The translations under genes and the position numbers were made by a program. This document shows positions 20,834 to 31,594 of a stretch of 64,000 bases of DNA, piece by piece (position 1 is the first letter of the stretch; every line of letters starts with the position of its first letter). Location: positions 54,538 to 118,537 of IMG/VR virus record IMGVR_UViG_3300017766_005465; one strand, given 5' to 3'. Below the pieces are notes generated by a model. It was given only the letters and a program-made list of their open reading frames with translations. It was not told the DNA's origin and did not search any database. Source of the DNA: a virus.

Positions 20834-21042
20834 CTTGATCTCCTGCAGGAGGAACAGCCCCAGCGCTTGTAGGGGCTGGGATTGGGCGGGGTGGGGATCG
20901 TCGGGTACGCTGGGCCCTCTGTCAGGCCCGGTGCTAGTCTTGACGGATCCTTGGCCCTACCACTCATACTCGCCCATCTTCTCAGGCTTTCGAGTTCCGA
21001 TGAGGAGATCTGCGAGGAGCTGGGCCGGTTGTTGTTCGCCAT
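20830..21042 (-). CDS. Hypothetical protein with C-terminal CxxC
   Basis: 70-aa ORF; GTTTAAAT lies 7 nt upstream. Confidence 0.5.
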   Translation of the reverse strand: MANNNRPSSSQISSSELESLRRWASMSGRAKDPSRLAPGLTEGPAYPTIPTPPNPSPYKRWGCSSCRRSR

Positions 21043-21099
21043 ATAGTCAATTTAAACCACTGAGTACGACAACTAACTATCACTGGAATCCCGGGCTAC

Positions 21100-22041
21100 T
21101 CACCAGGAGTAGATCAGGACCAGGCCGGGGCCGCCGTTACCGCCCGCACCACCGCCGCCCGTTGTTCCGCCAGCGCCGCCACCGCCACCACCGGAGCCGA
21201 AGCCACCGGTGCCGCCGCCGCCGCCAGCATCAGTTGCATTAAAAGATGAACCGCCACCGGCTCCTCCACAAGACAGCAAAGGCAAAGAACGGCTTACTCC
21301 ATCAAATCCAGGACCACCTGCGCCAGGATCTCCTCTAACACCCCCTGTTCTTGTTTGAAATAAAGACAAAACGCCTGTTTGTGATGCTGGCGGAGAAACT
21401 GCTCCCCCATCTCTACGAAAATTACCAGCGCCACCAGCACCACCAGAAAGCAAAAGCCCTGTGGCTAGGTAAGTCCTGGCCTCTCCGTCGTTAATGCTAC
21501 CACCCGCTGCGCCTGCTTGGCCGACGCGCGAAGTAAGTATTCCTGACCACGCCATCAACACGGCAGTTATTCCTGTTGCTGCTGCGGCAACACCAGCGGG
21601 GCCTGCGCCCGCACCAGCGGAGGCACCTCCACCACCGCCGCCTAGGGCAGAACATACGCTGTAAATAGCTGCGTTACTTTGAGCAATTGAAACATAAGAT
21701 GCAATACCGCTGCCTCCGGGGTTACTAACAGTAGTTGAGGAGGCACCACCGTTACCGCCAATACCTGCTGAGACATATAGGACATCAGGCAGGAAGGAAG
21801 CTTGGATTGATACACTTGTAAGAGTGCTACTGCCACCGCCACCACCTCCACCACGAGAAGTTGTAGTTGCGCTAGGAAAACCACTACCACCACCGCCACC
21901 GCCGCCGATGCAAACAATAAGGATCTTAGTAATGCCGGCAGGCTTCTCCCAGGCAACCCATTGCGTGTTGGCGTTTGCAAAACCTGGGAATACGCTGACA
22001 AAACCGTTTTGCGGCTGTGGAATGTTAAATACGTTAAGCAT
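21100..22041 (-). CDS. Glycine-rich tail-fibre/adhesin protein, copy 2
   Basis: W.KP....I...CIGGGGGGGSG ... GGPGLV.I.SW pattern; paralog of 22048-22989. Confidence 0.75.
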   Translation of the reverse strand: MLNVFNIPQPQNGFVSVFPGFANANTQWVAWEKPAGITKILIVCIGGGGGGGSGFPSATTTSRGGGGGGGSSTLTSVSIQASFLPDVLYVSAGIGGNGGASSTTVSNPGGSGIASYVSIAQSNAAIYSVCSALGGGGGGASAGAGAGPAGVAAAATGITAVLMAWSGILTSRVGQAGAAGGSINDGEARTYLATGLLLSGGAGGAGNFRRDGGAVSPPASQTGVLSLFQTRTGGVRGDPGAGGPGFDGVSRSLPLLSCGGAGGGSSFNATDAGGGGGTGGFGSGGGGGGAGGTTGGGGAGGNGGPGLVLIYSW

Positions 22042-22047
22042 TAGTAG

Positions 22048-22989
22048 TTACCATGACCGAATTATCACTAAACCTGGGCCGCCGTTGCCACCACCACCAC
22101 CACCACCTGTAGTACCGCCTGCGCCTCCTCCTCCTCCGCCAGAGCCAAAGGCACCCTGACCACCGGTACCGCCGCGAGCGTTACCACTGTTTGCCCCCCC
22201 GCCTGTTCCACCGGTAGAAAGTAGGGGAGTTAGGCGACTATGGCCTGGAGAGCCGTTGCCAGGCGTAGCGCCTGCTGCGCCACCATTCAACTGTGTAAAC
22301 AGGTTCAAGACAGCGGTTTGAGACCCTGGTGCGCTGATGGTACCTCCCACACCAGTAGCGCCTCCTCCTCCGCCTGAACCACCGCAGAGAAGTAGTCCGG
22401 TCGCCGGGTATGTGATGTTTCCCCCTGCACCGTTAGCGACTGCACCACCAGCAGAACCGGGCTGTCCAGCGTAAGCAACGAAAGTACCTAATCCTGCAAT
22501 TAGAGCAGCGTTGGCAACTGCTGCAGCAGCAGCAGCAGCACCAGCGTTACCGACAACCGTAGCCGAAGCCGGAGTTGTACCTGCAGCACCTGGGTTGGCA
22601 AAACAAACGGTGTAAATAGCCGCTGTGGATTGAGCAATTGAAACATAAGATCCAATGCCGTTAGCTCCTAGGGTGCCAGCAGTGGTTGAGGAGGCTCCAC
22701 CGTTACCGCCAATGCCTGCTGAGACGTACAAGGTGTCTGGCAGCAAAGAAGCAGGGATTTCTACTGAGGTAAAACCGCCACTGCCACCACCGCCACCACC
22801 GCCACGGTTACCGGTAGCCGCAGGGAAACCGCTACCGCCACCTGCACCGCCACCGATGCAGGTGATGCTGACCATAATTATGTTGCTTGGTTTCTCCCAT
22901 GTCACCCACTGTGTGCTGGCGTTTGCAAAACCTGGGAATACGCTGACAAAACCGTTTTGCGGCTTTGGAATGTCAAATACGTTAAGCAT
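22048..22989 (-). CDS. Glycine-rich tail-fibre/adhesin protein, copy 1
   Basis: Same architecture as copy 2; start MLNVFDIPK overlaps the upstream stop. Confidence 0.75.
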   Translation of the reverse strand: MLNVFDIPKPQNGFVSVFPGFANASTQWVTWEKPSNIIMVSITCIGGGAGGGSGFPAATGNRGGGGGGGSGGFTSVEIPASLLPDTLYVSAGIGGNGGASSTTAGTLGANGIGSYVSIAQSTAAIYTVCFANPGAAGTTPASATVVGNAGAAAAAAAVANAALIAGLGTFVAYAGQPGSAGGAVANGAGGNITYPATGLLLCGGSGGGGGATGVGGTISAPGSQTAVLNLFTQLNGGAAGATPGNGSPGHSRLTPLLSTGGTGGGANSGNARGGTGGQGAFGSGGGGGGAGGTTGGGGGGGNGGPGLVIIRSW

Positions 22990-23459
22990 CAGTAGTCGCC
23001 GCCAATAACTGTTGCCTGCCACGCTCCGGTGTTAGGTTGAGCCGCAGATTGTGAGACCAAAATATAGCGCGAAGCTGGAATCGCGAAGTTGAGCGGAACT
23101 TCAATTACGTAAGGAGCGGTTGTGGTTGCCGTAAGAGTCTGCGCTGCTGCTTGAACTCCGGTAAGATATGTCGTGTTGATAACGTTTAGAGCGTTGCCGG
23201 GGATGTTGACGGTAGAAATATAAATTTGTAGAGTAGTTGCGACAGAAGAAGTAGTACTATTTGTAGAAGTGAACTGAAAACGAACTTTTTGCAGGTATGA
23301 CCCATCCACTCCTGAAGAGAAAGCCAGGGCCGTTGCTGCAGGGGCAGCGCCATCGATGTTACCGGGGGCTTGAGTGTTTACGTTCGCAACGTTGAATGGA
23401 ATTTGAACCCAACCAACTTTGGGTGTCATTGTCCAGATTGGTGAAGTGTTTGCTGCCAT
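22989..23459 (-). CDS. Fibre-associated protein
   Basis: MAANTSPI...GGDY ORF inside the fibre operon. Confidence 0.65.
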   Translation of the reverse strand: MAANTSPIWTMTPKVGWVQIPFNVANVNTQAPGNIDGAAPAATALAFSSGVDGSYLQKVRFQFTSTNSTTSSVATTLQIYISTVNIPGNALNVINTTYLTGVQAAAQTLTATTTAPYVIEVPLNFAIPASRYILVSQSAAQPNTGAWQATVIGGDY

Positions 23460-23480
23460 TTTAGTAAGTGTATGTGAAAA

Positions 23481-23987
23481 TTAGGGCATTGCTGCGCCAT
23501 ATTGAACTGCAAGCACTTGGCCGTAGTTACTCTTGAGCACAGTTCCGGGTGCGATCATTGTCGCAGTGACGGTCCCTGTGTCACCGGTTGTGACAACGGT
23601 TCCGGTAACATTCGGGAGAGTCAGAGTTTGATCAGCGGATAGGGTTGCGGTTGTTAGCGATACATCGAAAGAACCGGTCCCTCCGGCCCTACCCAGAACT
23701 ATAATCCCATCCTGTGTTGCCGCTCGACGGAAAGTCTGGCCCGTCGTGTTCGTGAAGGTGTTGGCACCGGTGAATGCGTTGTTGTTCGCTGCGACAACGT
23801 CGCCACTACCGCCACCACCACCACCACCTGCTCCGACCTCAACAATGCTCTGCACTCCCGAAACGTCTTTCTTCAGAAAGAGTTTTCCATCGTTCGTGTT
23901 AATGGCCAGTTCGCCCAGAGCGAGCTGCGTGGTTGTCGGAACTGCTGATGCAACAGAACTGCGCCGTATTCGTATCGTATTTGCCAT
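23481..23987 (-). CDS. Short tail fibre protein
   Basis: N-terminal IRIRRS...LALGELAINT.DGKLF domain shared with the 808-aa fibre. Confidence 0.7.
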   Translation of the reverse strand: MANTIRIRRSSVASAVPTTTQLALGELAINTNDGKLFLKKDVSGVQSIVEVGAGGGGGGGSGDVVAANNNAFTGANTFTNTTGQTFRRAATQDGIIVLGRAGGTGSFDVSLTTATLSADQTLTLPNVTGTVVTTGDTGTVTATMIAPGTVLKSNYGQVLAVQYGAAMP

Positions 23988-24049
23988 TTGGCTCCCCGTT
24001 GATTTCTATGTAGAAGGGTTGAGCCCCGTATGTACAGGGCGATTTAGTC

Positions 24050-26476
24050 TTAGAAAGTTCCGCCGTCCAGATCGAAGCCGGAAGCTGCGCCGTCTTCGAG
24101 GAAGGTGACGAGGTCGCTGAGGGCGACCTGGACCATCGTCCCCGCGTCGTTGATAACCATGCGGTCGGCCGGGAGCAGGGTGGTCGCAGTCGCGGTGGTC
24201 GAGCCGTCGATTACCGCGGCCTCAGTCGAGGTCAGAGCGGCGAGCGAAGTGGCCGTGCCACTGGCCATACCGGCCAGAGTGGCCAGCTCGGCGTCGTAGG
24301 CCTGCACGTTCGTCCCGATCACCAGACCGAGGTTTGTACGAGCACCCGCCGCGTCAGTCGCACCCGTACCGCCATTAGTCAGAGCGAGCGTGCCGGCCAG
24401 AGTGACCGCACCGGTCGTAGCAGTGCTGGGGGTCAGGCCGGTCGTCCCGGCGGAGAACGAACTAACCCCGGTCCCGGAGACGAACGAGTTGAACGAGCTG
24501 TACCATTGAGTTGTCGACGCCGCATTGAACTCCATCACGCCGTTAACGGCAAGCTGGATGCTGGCGTTGGCGCTTAGCGCGTCGATAATTGCGCCGGATG
24601 CCGGAAATATATTGATCGGGTTGGCACCTTTGTTAACGACGATCACGCGCCGGCCGGTCGTAGCGGTGGGCAGAGTCACGCCGCTCGGGTTCGCCGCCGC
24701 TGTGGTGATAACGCTAAGGTCGCTGGTCAGAGCGCCCTGGCCTTGCGCGTTGGTCCCCGCCGTTACGTTGGCCGTTGTGCTGAAGGTCTCCCCGCTCAGA
24801 GAAGGCGTGGTCAGGGACGGTGACGTACCGAACACCAGAGAGCCAGAGCCCGTCTCGTCGGTGATCGCAGCGGCCAAGTTGGCCGATGTATCGGAGATAC
24901 TGTACCCAGAGAAAGTTGTCGGAGCGGTGCCTGCGGTAACCCGGCCGTAGGTGTCAACCGTGACCGAGCGGTAGGTTCCGGCGGTGGCAATGCCACTGGT
25001 AAGGTTGATCGAGTCGGGGTTGATCGTCAGCGAGCCGCCGCCACTAGAGGCAACGTCGAGGGTGTTGCCGGTCTTGGTAAGACCTGCTCCAGCAGTGATC
25101 TGGCCGGCACCCGAGAACTGGGTGAACAGGACAGCATCGCCGTTAAACGCCGTATAGCCAGCGCCTGACTTGCCCATCCGAATCGGAGGAGAAGCAGTCT
25201 GAATAAAGCCGTTGTTGCCGTTTGTGTTGCCCCCGGCGACGAAAACGTAGTCGCCCGAGGTGATCTCACCCGTTGGGCCGTTATCGAAGTCGGATGCCCT
25301 TGTCCAGACACCGTTTGAGCCCGTACCAACGGTCGTTACGGTGTAAACGCCGTTGTAGGCAGTGGTTGCGTGATCTTTAACAAGAATCCGCTGACCGAGA
25401 GTCAGGGTTGCGCCAGAGTCAACGCTGTTCGGAGTGCCGCTAAGCGTTGCGCCAACACCAGGGTCGCCCGTGACGCCGATGCTGAGGCCAGTGCCGTTGG
25501 TAAGCGTGGCATTAGCGCCGCCAAATGTAGCGGACACCTTGACTTGATTAAGCGCAGGCTCGGCAGTTACGAAGTAGGTGGTGTTGGCGGCCAGTCCGGT
25601 GCCAGTTACCGTGTCGCCCGTGCGAACCTGGGAGTTAATGTTAAGCCCGTGATCGGCACTGAACGTGATGGTGTCGGTGCCGGTAATTGCGCTAATAGTT
25701 AGAGCAGTACCACCGGAAGTGTACGAGTACGAAACAGAAGCGGTGGTTGCAAAGTCTGCAGCACCGTGGACGTTCAGGCTTTGAGCAATCGAGTCGGCAT
25801 ACGCTTTGTTGACAGCATCGCCAGGCAGTTGGGGCGCCGCAAGATCCAGGATCCGCTGGTTGTTCAGACTGACAGAAGCCGTGGGCGCCGCCATCTGATC
25901 CAGGCGGCTGGTGCGCACCTGGGTGTCGAAGTTGCTGATCTTGGCGGCGGTCAGCGTCGGGATGTCAGCCGCCAGCAGGGCACGGAAAGTGGGAGCACCG
26001 GTAGCGCCGTCAGGAGCAACGAAAACGGTGTTAGCCGTCTGGTTAGCCAGGGTGCCGGTGAGCGTGCCAGTGCCCGTGACAGGTGAGTTCGAGACCGCGA
26101 TGAAGCTGGGCAGGCTCAGCCCAACACTGCTGACAGTGCCGGTGCCATAGCCCTGTCCTTTTACGTAGGCCGTCGTGGCAACTGTCGTGCTGTTGTCGGA
26201 CGTGACAGGCGTAGTAGCCGTGGCGCTACTACCGAGTGCAACAGTGCTGCTGAATGTCTTGGCGCCTGAGATCGTCTGGGTGCCACTCAGATTGACGAAA
26301 GCACCAAGGCCACCAATTGCCTCGACAGTGGTCGCGCTGCCGCCGGCGCCGCCAGTTCCCTTACCGTAGTACAGGATGTCATCGACTTCGTTAAAGGCCA
26401 ACTCCGCGTTGGCTAAGCTGGCCGGTGCGCCAGTGTTACCACTGGCCCGGCGCTTGATGCGCAGAACGTTAGCCAT
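24050..26476 (-). CDS. Long tail fibre protein
   Basis: Thr/Gly/Ala-rich; LRIKRR N-domain, RILVKD...NGVY...WTRASDFD domain, ARTNLGL motif, C-terminal DGGTF. Confidence 0.8.
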   Translation of the reverse strand: MANVLRIKRRASGNTGAPASLANAELAFNEVDDILYYGKGTGGAGGSATTVEAIGGLGAFVNLSGTQTISGAKTFSSTVALGSSATATTPVTSDNSTTVATTAYVKGQGYGTGTVSSVGLSLPSFIAVSNSPVTGTGTLTGTLANQTANTVFVAPDGATGAPTFRALLAADIPTLTAAKISNFDTQVRTSRLDQMAAPTASVSLNNQRILDLAAPQLPGDAVNKAYADSIAQSLNVHGAADFATTASVSYSYTSGGTALTISAITGTDTITFSADHGLNINSQVRTGDTVTGTGLAANTTYFVTAEPALNQVKVSATFGGANATLTNGTGLSIGVTGDPGVGATLSGTPNSVDSGATLTLGQRILVKDHATTAYNGVYTVTTVGTGSNGVWTRASDFDNGPTGEITSGDYVFVAGGNTNGNNGFIQTASPPIRMGKSGAGYTAFNGDAVLFTQFSGAGQITAGAGLTKTGNTLDVASSGGGSLTINPDSINLTSGIATAGTYRSVTVDTYGRVTAGTAPTTFSGYSISDTSANLAAAITDETGSGSLVFGTSPSLTTPSLSGETFSTTANVTAGTNAQGQGALTSDLSVITTAAANPSGVTLPTATTGRRVIVVNKGANPINIFPASGAIIDALSANASIQLAVNGVMEFNAASTTQWYSSFNSFVSGTGVSSFSAGTTGLTPSTATTGAVTLAGTLALTNGGTGATDAAGARTNLGLVIGTNVQAYDAELATLAGMASGTATSLAALTSTEAAVIDGSTTATATTLLPADRMVINDAGTMVQVALSDLVTFLEDGAASGFDLDGGTF

Positions 26477-26478
26477 AA

Positions 26479-26727
26479 CTAGAAATTGCCCCCGTCGGTT
26501 AAGGTGAGTTTGGTATTAGTAGAGTCGGATACGAACTTGCCCTGTCCAGCGTTATAGACCGGAATGCTCCCATCCACAGAAGTAGAGGTGTCAAAAATTT
26601 CTACTCTATCCTCTAGAGCTTTCAACATACCGAAAGTTACCGGCTCCGAGTCCTCCACGGGTGCGGGTAGATTGAGAACCCTACTAGCACCCTTAAAATC
26701 CATGTTTACGTAGACTTCTCTGTTCAT
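26479..26727 (-). CDS. Fibre-associated small protein
   Basis: 82 aa ending in DGGNF. Confidence 0.6.
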   Translation of the reverse strand: MNREVYVNMDFKGASRVLNLPAPVEDSEPVTFGMLKALEDRVEIFDTSTSVDGSIPVYNAGQGKFVSDSTNTKLTLTDGGNF

Positions 26728-27332
26728 TATATTAGCCTAGCATGGCCACTAAGTGGCAGAGTAAACTCCACCCGGACGGTGTTTTTAGTCAGGTGGTTTA
26801 CGTACCCGTCGATCTCATCCCACTCATTATTAAACAGTTCTACGGAAGGATAGTAGCCCAGATTGTGAGTGATGGTCCAGGTTGCGCGGGGCTCGATCTG
26901 GTCGTACTGGACGGATTTTAGGTTGGTTCGTGTGGTCAGGACGCTGGCTGGCGACTCAGGAACCACGGGCTCGGGTGGTATGATCACCGGAGGAACGTAG
27001 TTGGTGGGTTGGTTAGGATCTAGAACAGTATTCTGCTCCAGAAGGATGTCCGCCACTGTGGATTCGGAGAGTTGGTTACTCGCCTCGGCCCATGCCTGCC
27101 AACCCCACATCTCCTCATTATACGTATTATGCGCCAACTGATCCTTCGAGTCGGCCTGGCCGGCGCGAAAGTTACGCAGGGGGCCGGGATTCACGCGGTT
27201 GGAGTTTGAGAGGTACTCAGGCTGGGAGAGTTGCTGGCGGACTAGCGATGTCGCCTGCGTGTCGGTGCTCCTGTAGTCGCTGGAGGCCCTGAGCCTCTCC
27301 CACTCCTCGAATGGGTTCTTCGCTACGGCCAC
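26727..27332 (-). CDS. Virion protein with WTITHNLG domain
   Basis: Likely GTG start at 27332 after a GAGGAGG Shine-Dalgarno; C-terminal WTITHNLGYYPSV domain common in fibre operons. Confidence 0.6.
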   Translation of the reverse strand: MAVAKNPFEEWERLRASSDYRSTDTQATSLVRQQLSQPEYLSNSNRVNPGPLRNFRAGQADSKDQLAHNTYNEEMWGWQAWAEASNQLSESTVADILLEQNTVLDPNQPTNYVPPVIIPPEPVVPESPASVLTTRTNLKSVQYDQIEPRATWTITHNLGYYPSVELFNNEWDEIDGYVNHLTKNTVRVEFTLPLSGHARLI

Positions 27333-27399
27333 AACCTCCCCCTCCTCTATACTAATTTTAAACAAAGGGGTTTAAAGGATTTGACATCAGACAAACACT

Positions 27400-27774
27400 A
27401 TGGCTGTAAGCAAGATGGCGCGAGATGCGGCCTCGGGAGCCGCCGTTGAGGCGGAGGACGACTACTTTGATTTTGGCGATCCGGAGATCGTGATTGTAGA
27501 GATCTCCGAGGGAAGGTTTCTGACACTCCGGGAACCCTCCGCGAGCGATCTTATAGAGATCTCCAAGATCTCGGATAACAAGAACATCTCGGATGTGGAA
27601 GCCACTCTTCAAACGATCTGCATCCTCCACGCTCCTGAGCAGGGCCGGAGAAGACTGTCCCTCAAGGACGCTAAGAGACTCACCGCTCGTCAGCTGAAGG
27701 CTCTTGGAGGAGCCATCAACAGTCTTCTGGGCCTTGGCGGAAAGGGGGAAGGGAGCGGGGAAGAAGGTGAGTAA
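27400..27774 (+). CDS. Probable tail assembly chaperone
   Basis: LTLREPSASDL...L...L.A.I pattern; upstream of the sheath gene. Confidence 0.55.
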   Translation: MAVSKMARDAASGAAVEAEDDYFDFGDPEIVIVEISEGRFLTLREPSASDLIEISKISDNKNISDVEATLQTICILHAPEQGRRRLSLKDAKRLTARQLKALGGAINSLLGLGGKGEGSGEEGE

Positions 27775-27776
27775 CG

Positions 27777-28196
27777 GTGTCGCTCTCGGCGCGAAAGAAC
27801 AGCAACTACACCGTGTCGGTGTTTGACTCCAGATCCCGAGAGATCCGCTTCCGGGACATAAAAGGTTCCGATCTGGAGTACCTGGACTCCATGTTCGCGG
27901 AGGAGAATAGCGAACTCTCCTTCGATCAGGTTGTCGAACTTCTCTCCACTCTCTGCACGAGAGACCTGGATTTTAGGTCCCTGACCCAGAGAACCATCAT
28001 GCAGATTTTTGATATTGTCAAGGAGCACATACTCTGCAACTACATGACTAAGATTGACTGGCTGAGACGGTGTTACGGAGTGCAGAATGGTTCGTTTGCT
28101 GGAGTCTCGGATATGGAGCAGATTCCGCTTAGCAAATTCACCGTGATGTCCCAGATCCACCTGGAGGCAATAGAGAACATAAAGACTCCTACATGA
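27777..28196 (+). CDS. Probable second tail assembly chaperone-like protein
   Basis: IRFRDIKGSDLE motif and C-terminal DMEQIPL. Confidence 0.45.
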   Translation: MSLSARKNSNYTVSVFDSRSREIRFRDIKGSDLEYLDSMFAEENSELSFDQVVELLSTLCTRDLDFRSLTQRTIMQIFDIVKEHILCNYMTKIDWLRRCYGVQNGSFAGVSDMEQIPLSKFTVMSQIHLEAIENIKTPT

Positions 28197-28435
28197 CAGA
28201 TACGGAACGACTGAAACTGATCCTTATCCTGTGCTCGATATGCCTCAGGAGCGACGTACCCGAACTGAAGTCGTTTGTCAGCGTAAACTCGAGGTACGTC
28301 ACCACCAACGACTTCAACAAGATCCTGAGGAAGTCGATGAAGATACTGGAGTTTAAGAGGTGCGGAGCGATCTCCTGCCCCGACTGGCTGATGAACGAGC
28401 TCTTCCAACTCTACAAGGTGGACTCGACCGACTAA
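28193..28435 (+). CDS. Hypothetical protein
   Basis: 80-aa ORF with ATGA overlap. Confidence 0.55.
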   Translation: MTDTERLKLILILCSICLRSDVPELKSFVSVNSRYVTTNDFNKILRKSMKILEFKRCGAISCPDWLMNELFQLYKVDSTD

Positions 28436-28498
28436 ACAGGTTAAAATCAGCCATTTGTTTAAGGATAATAGTGAAAGATATAGTGTCTTCAAATCTCT

Positions 28499-31400
28499 AT
28501 GGCCAATCCAATTAGAATCAATGCTGCGACATTGAATCGGCCCGGCGTGTTCGTAACACAAGCCTCGACAGGTGGCCTACCCCAACCTACCGCTACTCAC
28601 GCGGTAGGCTACCTTTTCGGCAGCACGCCCACCGAGGACTACTACGAGGGCAATGCTCTCAACAAGTACTCCGTACTCGAGCCTTACAAACCCACACAGA
28701 TAGGCTCGGTGGACGACTTTGTCGAGAAGATCGGGGGCAAACCACCGACCTCTAATAAGGGTGCCCTGGCTTCCTACGACGCCGTTAAAGCCTTCTTCGA
28801 CAACGTCGGGGTAAATGGCATCCTCTACTTCACCCGCGTTTCCCCGACTCCGGAGACAGTGGTTGATTTGGGAGCCTCCGCGGCGGGTGCTGGGTACAAT
28901 GCCTTCGCCCTCAAGATCAACGGTCGTTACTTCGGAACTCCTATCGGAGTGAATGATGCTGATGGCGACGAGATCCGCGTTATCACCACCACCGCCCTCG
29001 ACCAAGTAGATAATTCAAGGGACATCTACTCGTTCCTCGCTGGCAACGGTGATAATTTCTCCGACTTCTATCGCATCGAGCAGAACGCAACCGAAGCCAT
29101 TGCCGGTAAGTTCAGAATCTTCTCAAAGGACACCAGAAATCTTCCTGAGGTCGAGAGATTCGTGGCTTACCAGTTCAGCGATACGAACTACGCTACTCCA
29201 CTCGACCTCAACAACCAGTTCGTGGTCAAGTTCTACACCTCGGTGAAGGAATTGGATTTCCGCTGCGTGGCGAGAGACATCACCACCGGCGAACCCATCC
29301 TCCACCTGTCAGGTAGCGCTCTGAGTGCTTTCGTGCTGCAGAGTTCTACGGAGTACACCGCCACCCCAGCCAATTTCAATCCCACGGCCAATACCATCAC
29401 GCTGAACTCCTCGGCAGGACTTGCCAATAACGACCGTGTGGTACTGGAGGGTACCGACGACGGAGATCTGGGTTCCATCGGTTTTGGCACGGTGTACTTC
29501 GTGGTTAATAAGTCAGGTAACGATATCCAGCTCTCCGGCTCCTTGGGTGGAGCGGTTATCAACTTCTCTGGTACCCCCGGCGCTAACGTCACGGTGAGAA
29601 AGCTCGCCTATGATGTTTCGACCGATCAGTCGGACATTGTCAAGAACTTCCTGATCAATCAGGAGTACTACGCCTCCGCATCCGCAATCCCCTCGAGCAA
29701 GATTGTGGGCGTGTCGAAGGACCTCACCTCCGCTCCCGCCTCGTACGTGCGGTGGGCAGACGCTGACGCCAACTACTGGAAGTACAATTCCGTATCCCAG
29801 GAATTCTCGCTGTTCCAGAACTCCGCCGAGGTTGCGGGCACAGAAGTCCCCTCGGGAACAGTGACTACCTCCGGAGGAGTTACAGAACGCCTCGGATACC
29901 TTCCTGATTCCGTCCAGGTCTTCTACGTCGAGCTCGCCGGTGAGAACCGTGCCATCATCGTGAACGGAGCTACCCCTGACGAACTGACTACCAACCTGGT
30001 CGCCGAGATCAACAGCATCCTGCAGGAGAAGGAGCTAGATGGCTACTACTCCGTCGAAGCTGTAAACTCCGGCTCGCAGATCGGATCGACCGACGAGTAC
30101 GCCCCCAATAACGGCCACCAACTAAGCACCAAACTGGTCTCGGGTGCTGGAACCCCCTACATCCGTCCAGAGCTGGAGGATATCGCTCTCTCCGGCCTCT
30201 TGGGTATCAGCGTAGATGGAGTGGTCACAGGTGTAGGAACCAAGTTCCTCACAGAGTTGGCGATCGGCGACACCATCGTGGCTAATGGCATCAGATTCGT
30301 GGTTGGTTCGGTGGCTTCGAACACATCGGCTACCGTAACTCCTACAGGGACAGGCATCCCGGCCGGTACCCCAGCCACCCTGGACAAGTCCATACCCAAC
30401 GGTTTCTACTCTCACGATTACGTTCTGAGAGTGAAGATTACCTCCAAGAACGGAGTATCCTCCCCGATCTACCCCGGCCGTAATAGATTTGGTGTGCTGG
30501 ATGGTAATGTTGTCAAACTCAACTCCATTAACCAGAACGCTGGCTACGAGTCCTACAAGCTTACGGTGACGGCTAAGTCCAACGACTTCATGTACGCCAT
30601 CGAGCAGGGCATGGGATCTAGAGTCCTCTCACCTGGCTTCCTATTCGCTCCCGAGGCTTACACCGTGCTTTCCTACGAGGTAGGGGCGGGTGATTTCGCC
30701 AGCAAGAACGAAGCTCGCCAGGAGCGTCTCAAGATCACCCAGACGCTTACCAAAGCCGCCGAGGGTAAACTTGGCACCACTGAGGGTATCGTGGGTACCC
30801 AGCATATCGCCTACATCGACTGCGGTGCGGACGAGATGTCTCTCAACGAGGCCCAGGACGAACTCTACGGCATCAAAGCCGCCGTAGGAGTGCCTTTCGG
30901 CCACGCGGCCTTCTACGCTCCCTACGTAAAGAATCTCGACGATCGCTACATTGCCCCTTCCAGCTACATGGTGGGCATTGCCTGCTCGAGATACACCAAC
31001 GAGGGCTTCCAGCAGCCTCCCGCCGGCGCTCGCTACCCACTGAGAGGGGCCATCGGACTCAAGTTCGACATCTCCGCCCAGCAACAGGAAGTGACCTACG
31101 CCCTGGGACTCAACCCTATCCGCTCGCTTCCCAACCGTGGAATCGTGGCCTGGGGTGCCAGAACCCTCTCCCCCAACCCGCTTTTCAGATTCATCAACAC
31201 ACGTGCCATCCTTAACGTCCTCATCGATGTTATGGGTCGTAGCTTCGACGACATCCTCTTCGAGCAGATCGACTCAGCGGGTACCGTGTACGCGAGAGTG
31301 AAGTCTATCGCCTCTCAGATTCTGGGTCAGTTCTTCCGTCAGGGAGCGCTATTCGGATCGAGACCCGAGCAAGCCTACCTGGTCGTGTGTTCGTCAGCGA

Positions 31401-31591
31401 ATAACAATACCACCGACCTGGAAAATGGCACGGTGAGATTGGACGTTTACGTGGCTACAAGTCCAACACTCGAGCGTCTGCTTGTGACCATCGTCAGAAC
31501 TCCGGCTGGTCAAGTTGCTCAACTGAGCGATAGCTTCTCCAGAAACGAGGCAAGATTCAGTTCTCTGCTTAACTCCACAAACGTATTCTGA
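28499..31591 (+). CDS. Tail sheath protein, enlarged by inserted domains
   Basis: RPGVFV N-terminus; C-terminal QPPAG, LNPIR, VAWGARTL, FRFINTR, FEQID and GALFG motifs. Confidence 0.92.
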   Translation: MANPIRINAATLNRPGVFVTQASTGGLPQPTATHAVGYLFGSTPTEDYYEGNALNKYSVLEPYKPTQIGSVDDFVEKIGGKPPTSNKGALASYDAVKAFFDNVGVNGILYFTRVSPTPETVVDLGASAAGAGYNAFALKINGRYFGTPIGVNDADGDEIRVITTTALDQVDNSRDIYSFLAGNGDNFSDFYRIEQNATEAIAGKFRIFSKDTRNLPEVERFVAYQFSDTNYATPLDLNNQFVVKFYTSVKELDFRCVARDITTGEPILHLSGSALSAFVLQSSTEYTATPANFNPTANTITLNSSAGLANNDRVVLEGTDDGDLGSIGFGTVYFVVNKSGNDIQLSGSLGGAVINFSGTPGANVTVRKLAYDVSTDQSDIVKNFLINQEYYASASAIPSSKIVGVSKDLTSAPASYVRWADADANYWKYNSVSQEFSLFQNSAEVAGTEVPSGTVTTSGGVTERLGYLPDSVQVFYVELAGENRAIIVNGATPDELTTNLVAEINSILQEKELDGYYSVEAVNSGSQIGSTDEYAPNNGHQLSTKLVSGAGTPYIRPELEDIALSGLLGISVDGVVTGVGTKFLTELAIGDTIVANGIRFVVGSVASNTSATVTPTGTGIPAGTPATLDKSIPNGFYSHDYVLRVKITSKNGVSSPIYPGRNRFGVLDGNVVKLNSINQNAGYESYKLTVTAKSNDFMYAIEQGMGSRVLSPGFLFAPEAYTVLSYEVGAGDFASKNEARQERLKITQTLTKAAEGKLGTTEGIVGTQHIAYIDCGADEMSLNEAQDELYGIKAAVGVPFGHAAFYAPYVKNLDDRYIAPSSYMVGIACSRYTNEGFQQPPAGARYPLRGAIGLKFDISAQQQEVTYALGLNPIRSLPNRGIVAWGARTLSPNPLFRFINTRAILNVLIDVMGRSFDDILFEQIDSAGTVYARVKSIASQILGQFFRQGALFGSRPEQAYLVVCSSANNNTTDLENGTVRLDVYVATSPTLERLLVTIVRTPAGQVAQLSDSFSRNEARFSSLLNSTNVF

Positions 31592-31594
31592 TAG

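Noticed and set aside
21100-23000. CRISPR-like or DGR-like repeats
   Set aside because: The repeats are poly-Gly codons and a gene duplication. There is no regular repeat-spacer period, no adenine-specific variation pattern and no reverse transcriptase in the window.
27730-27790. Programmed -1 frameshift joining the two tail chaperone ORFs at GGAAAGGGGGAA
   Set aside because: The downstream frame has a TGA at 27768-27770 between the purine run and the second ORF.
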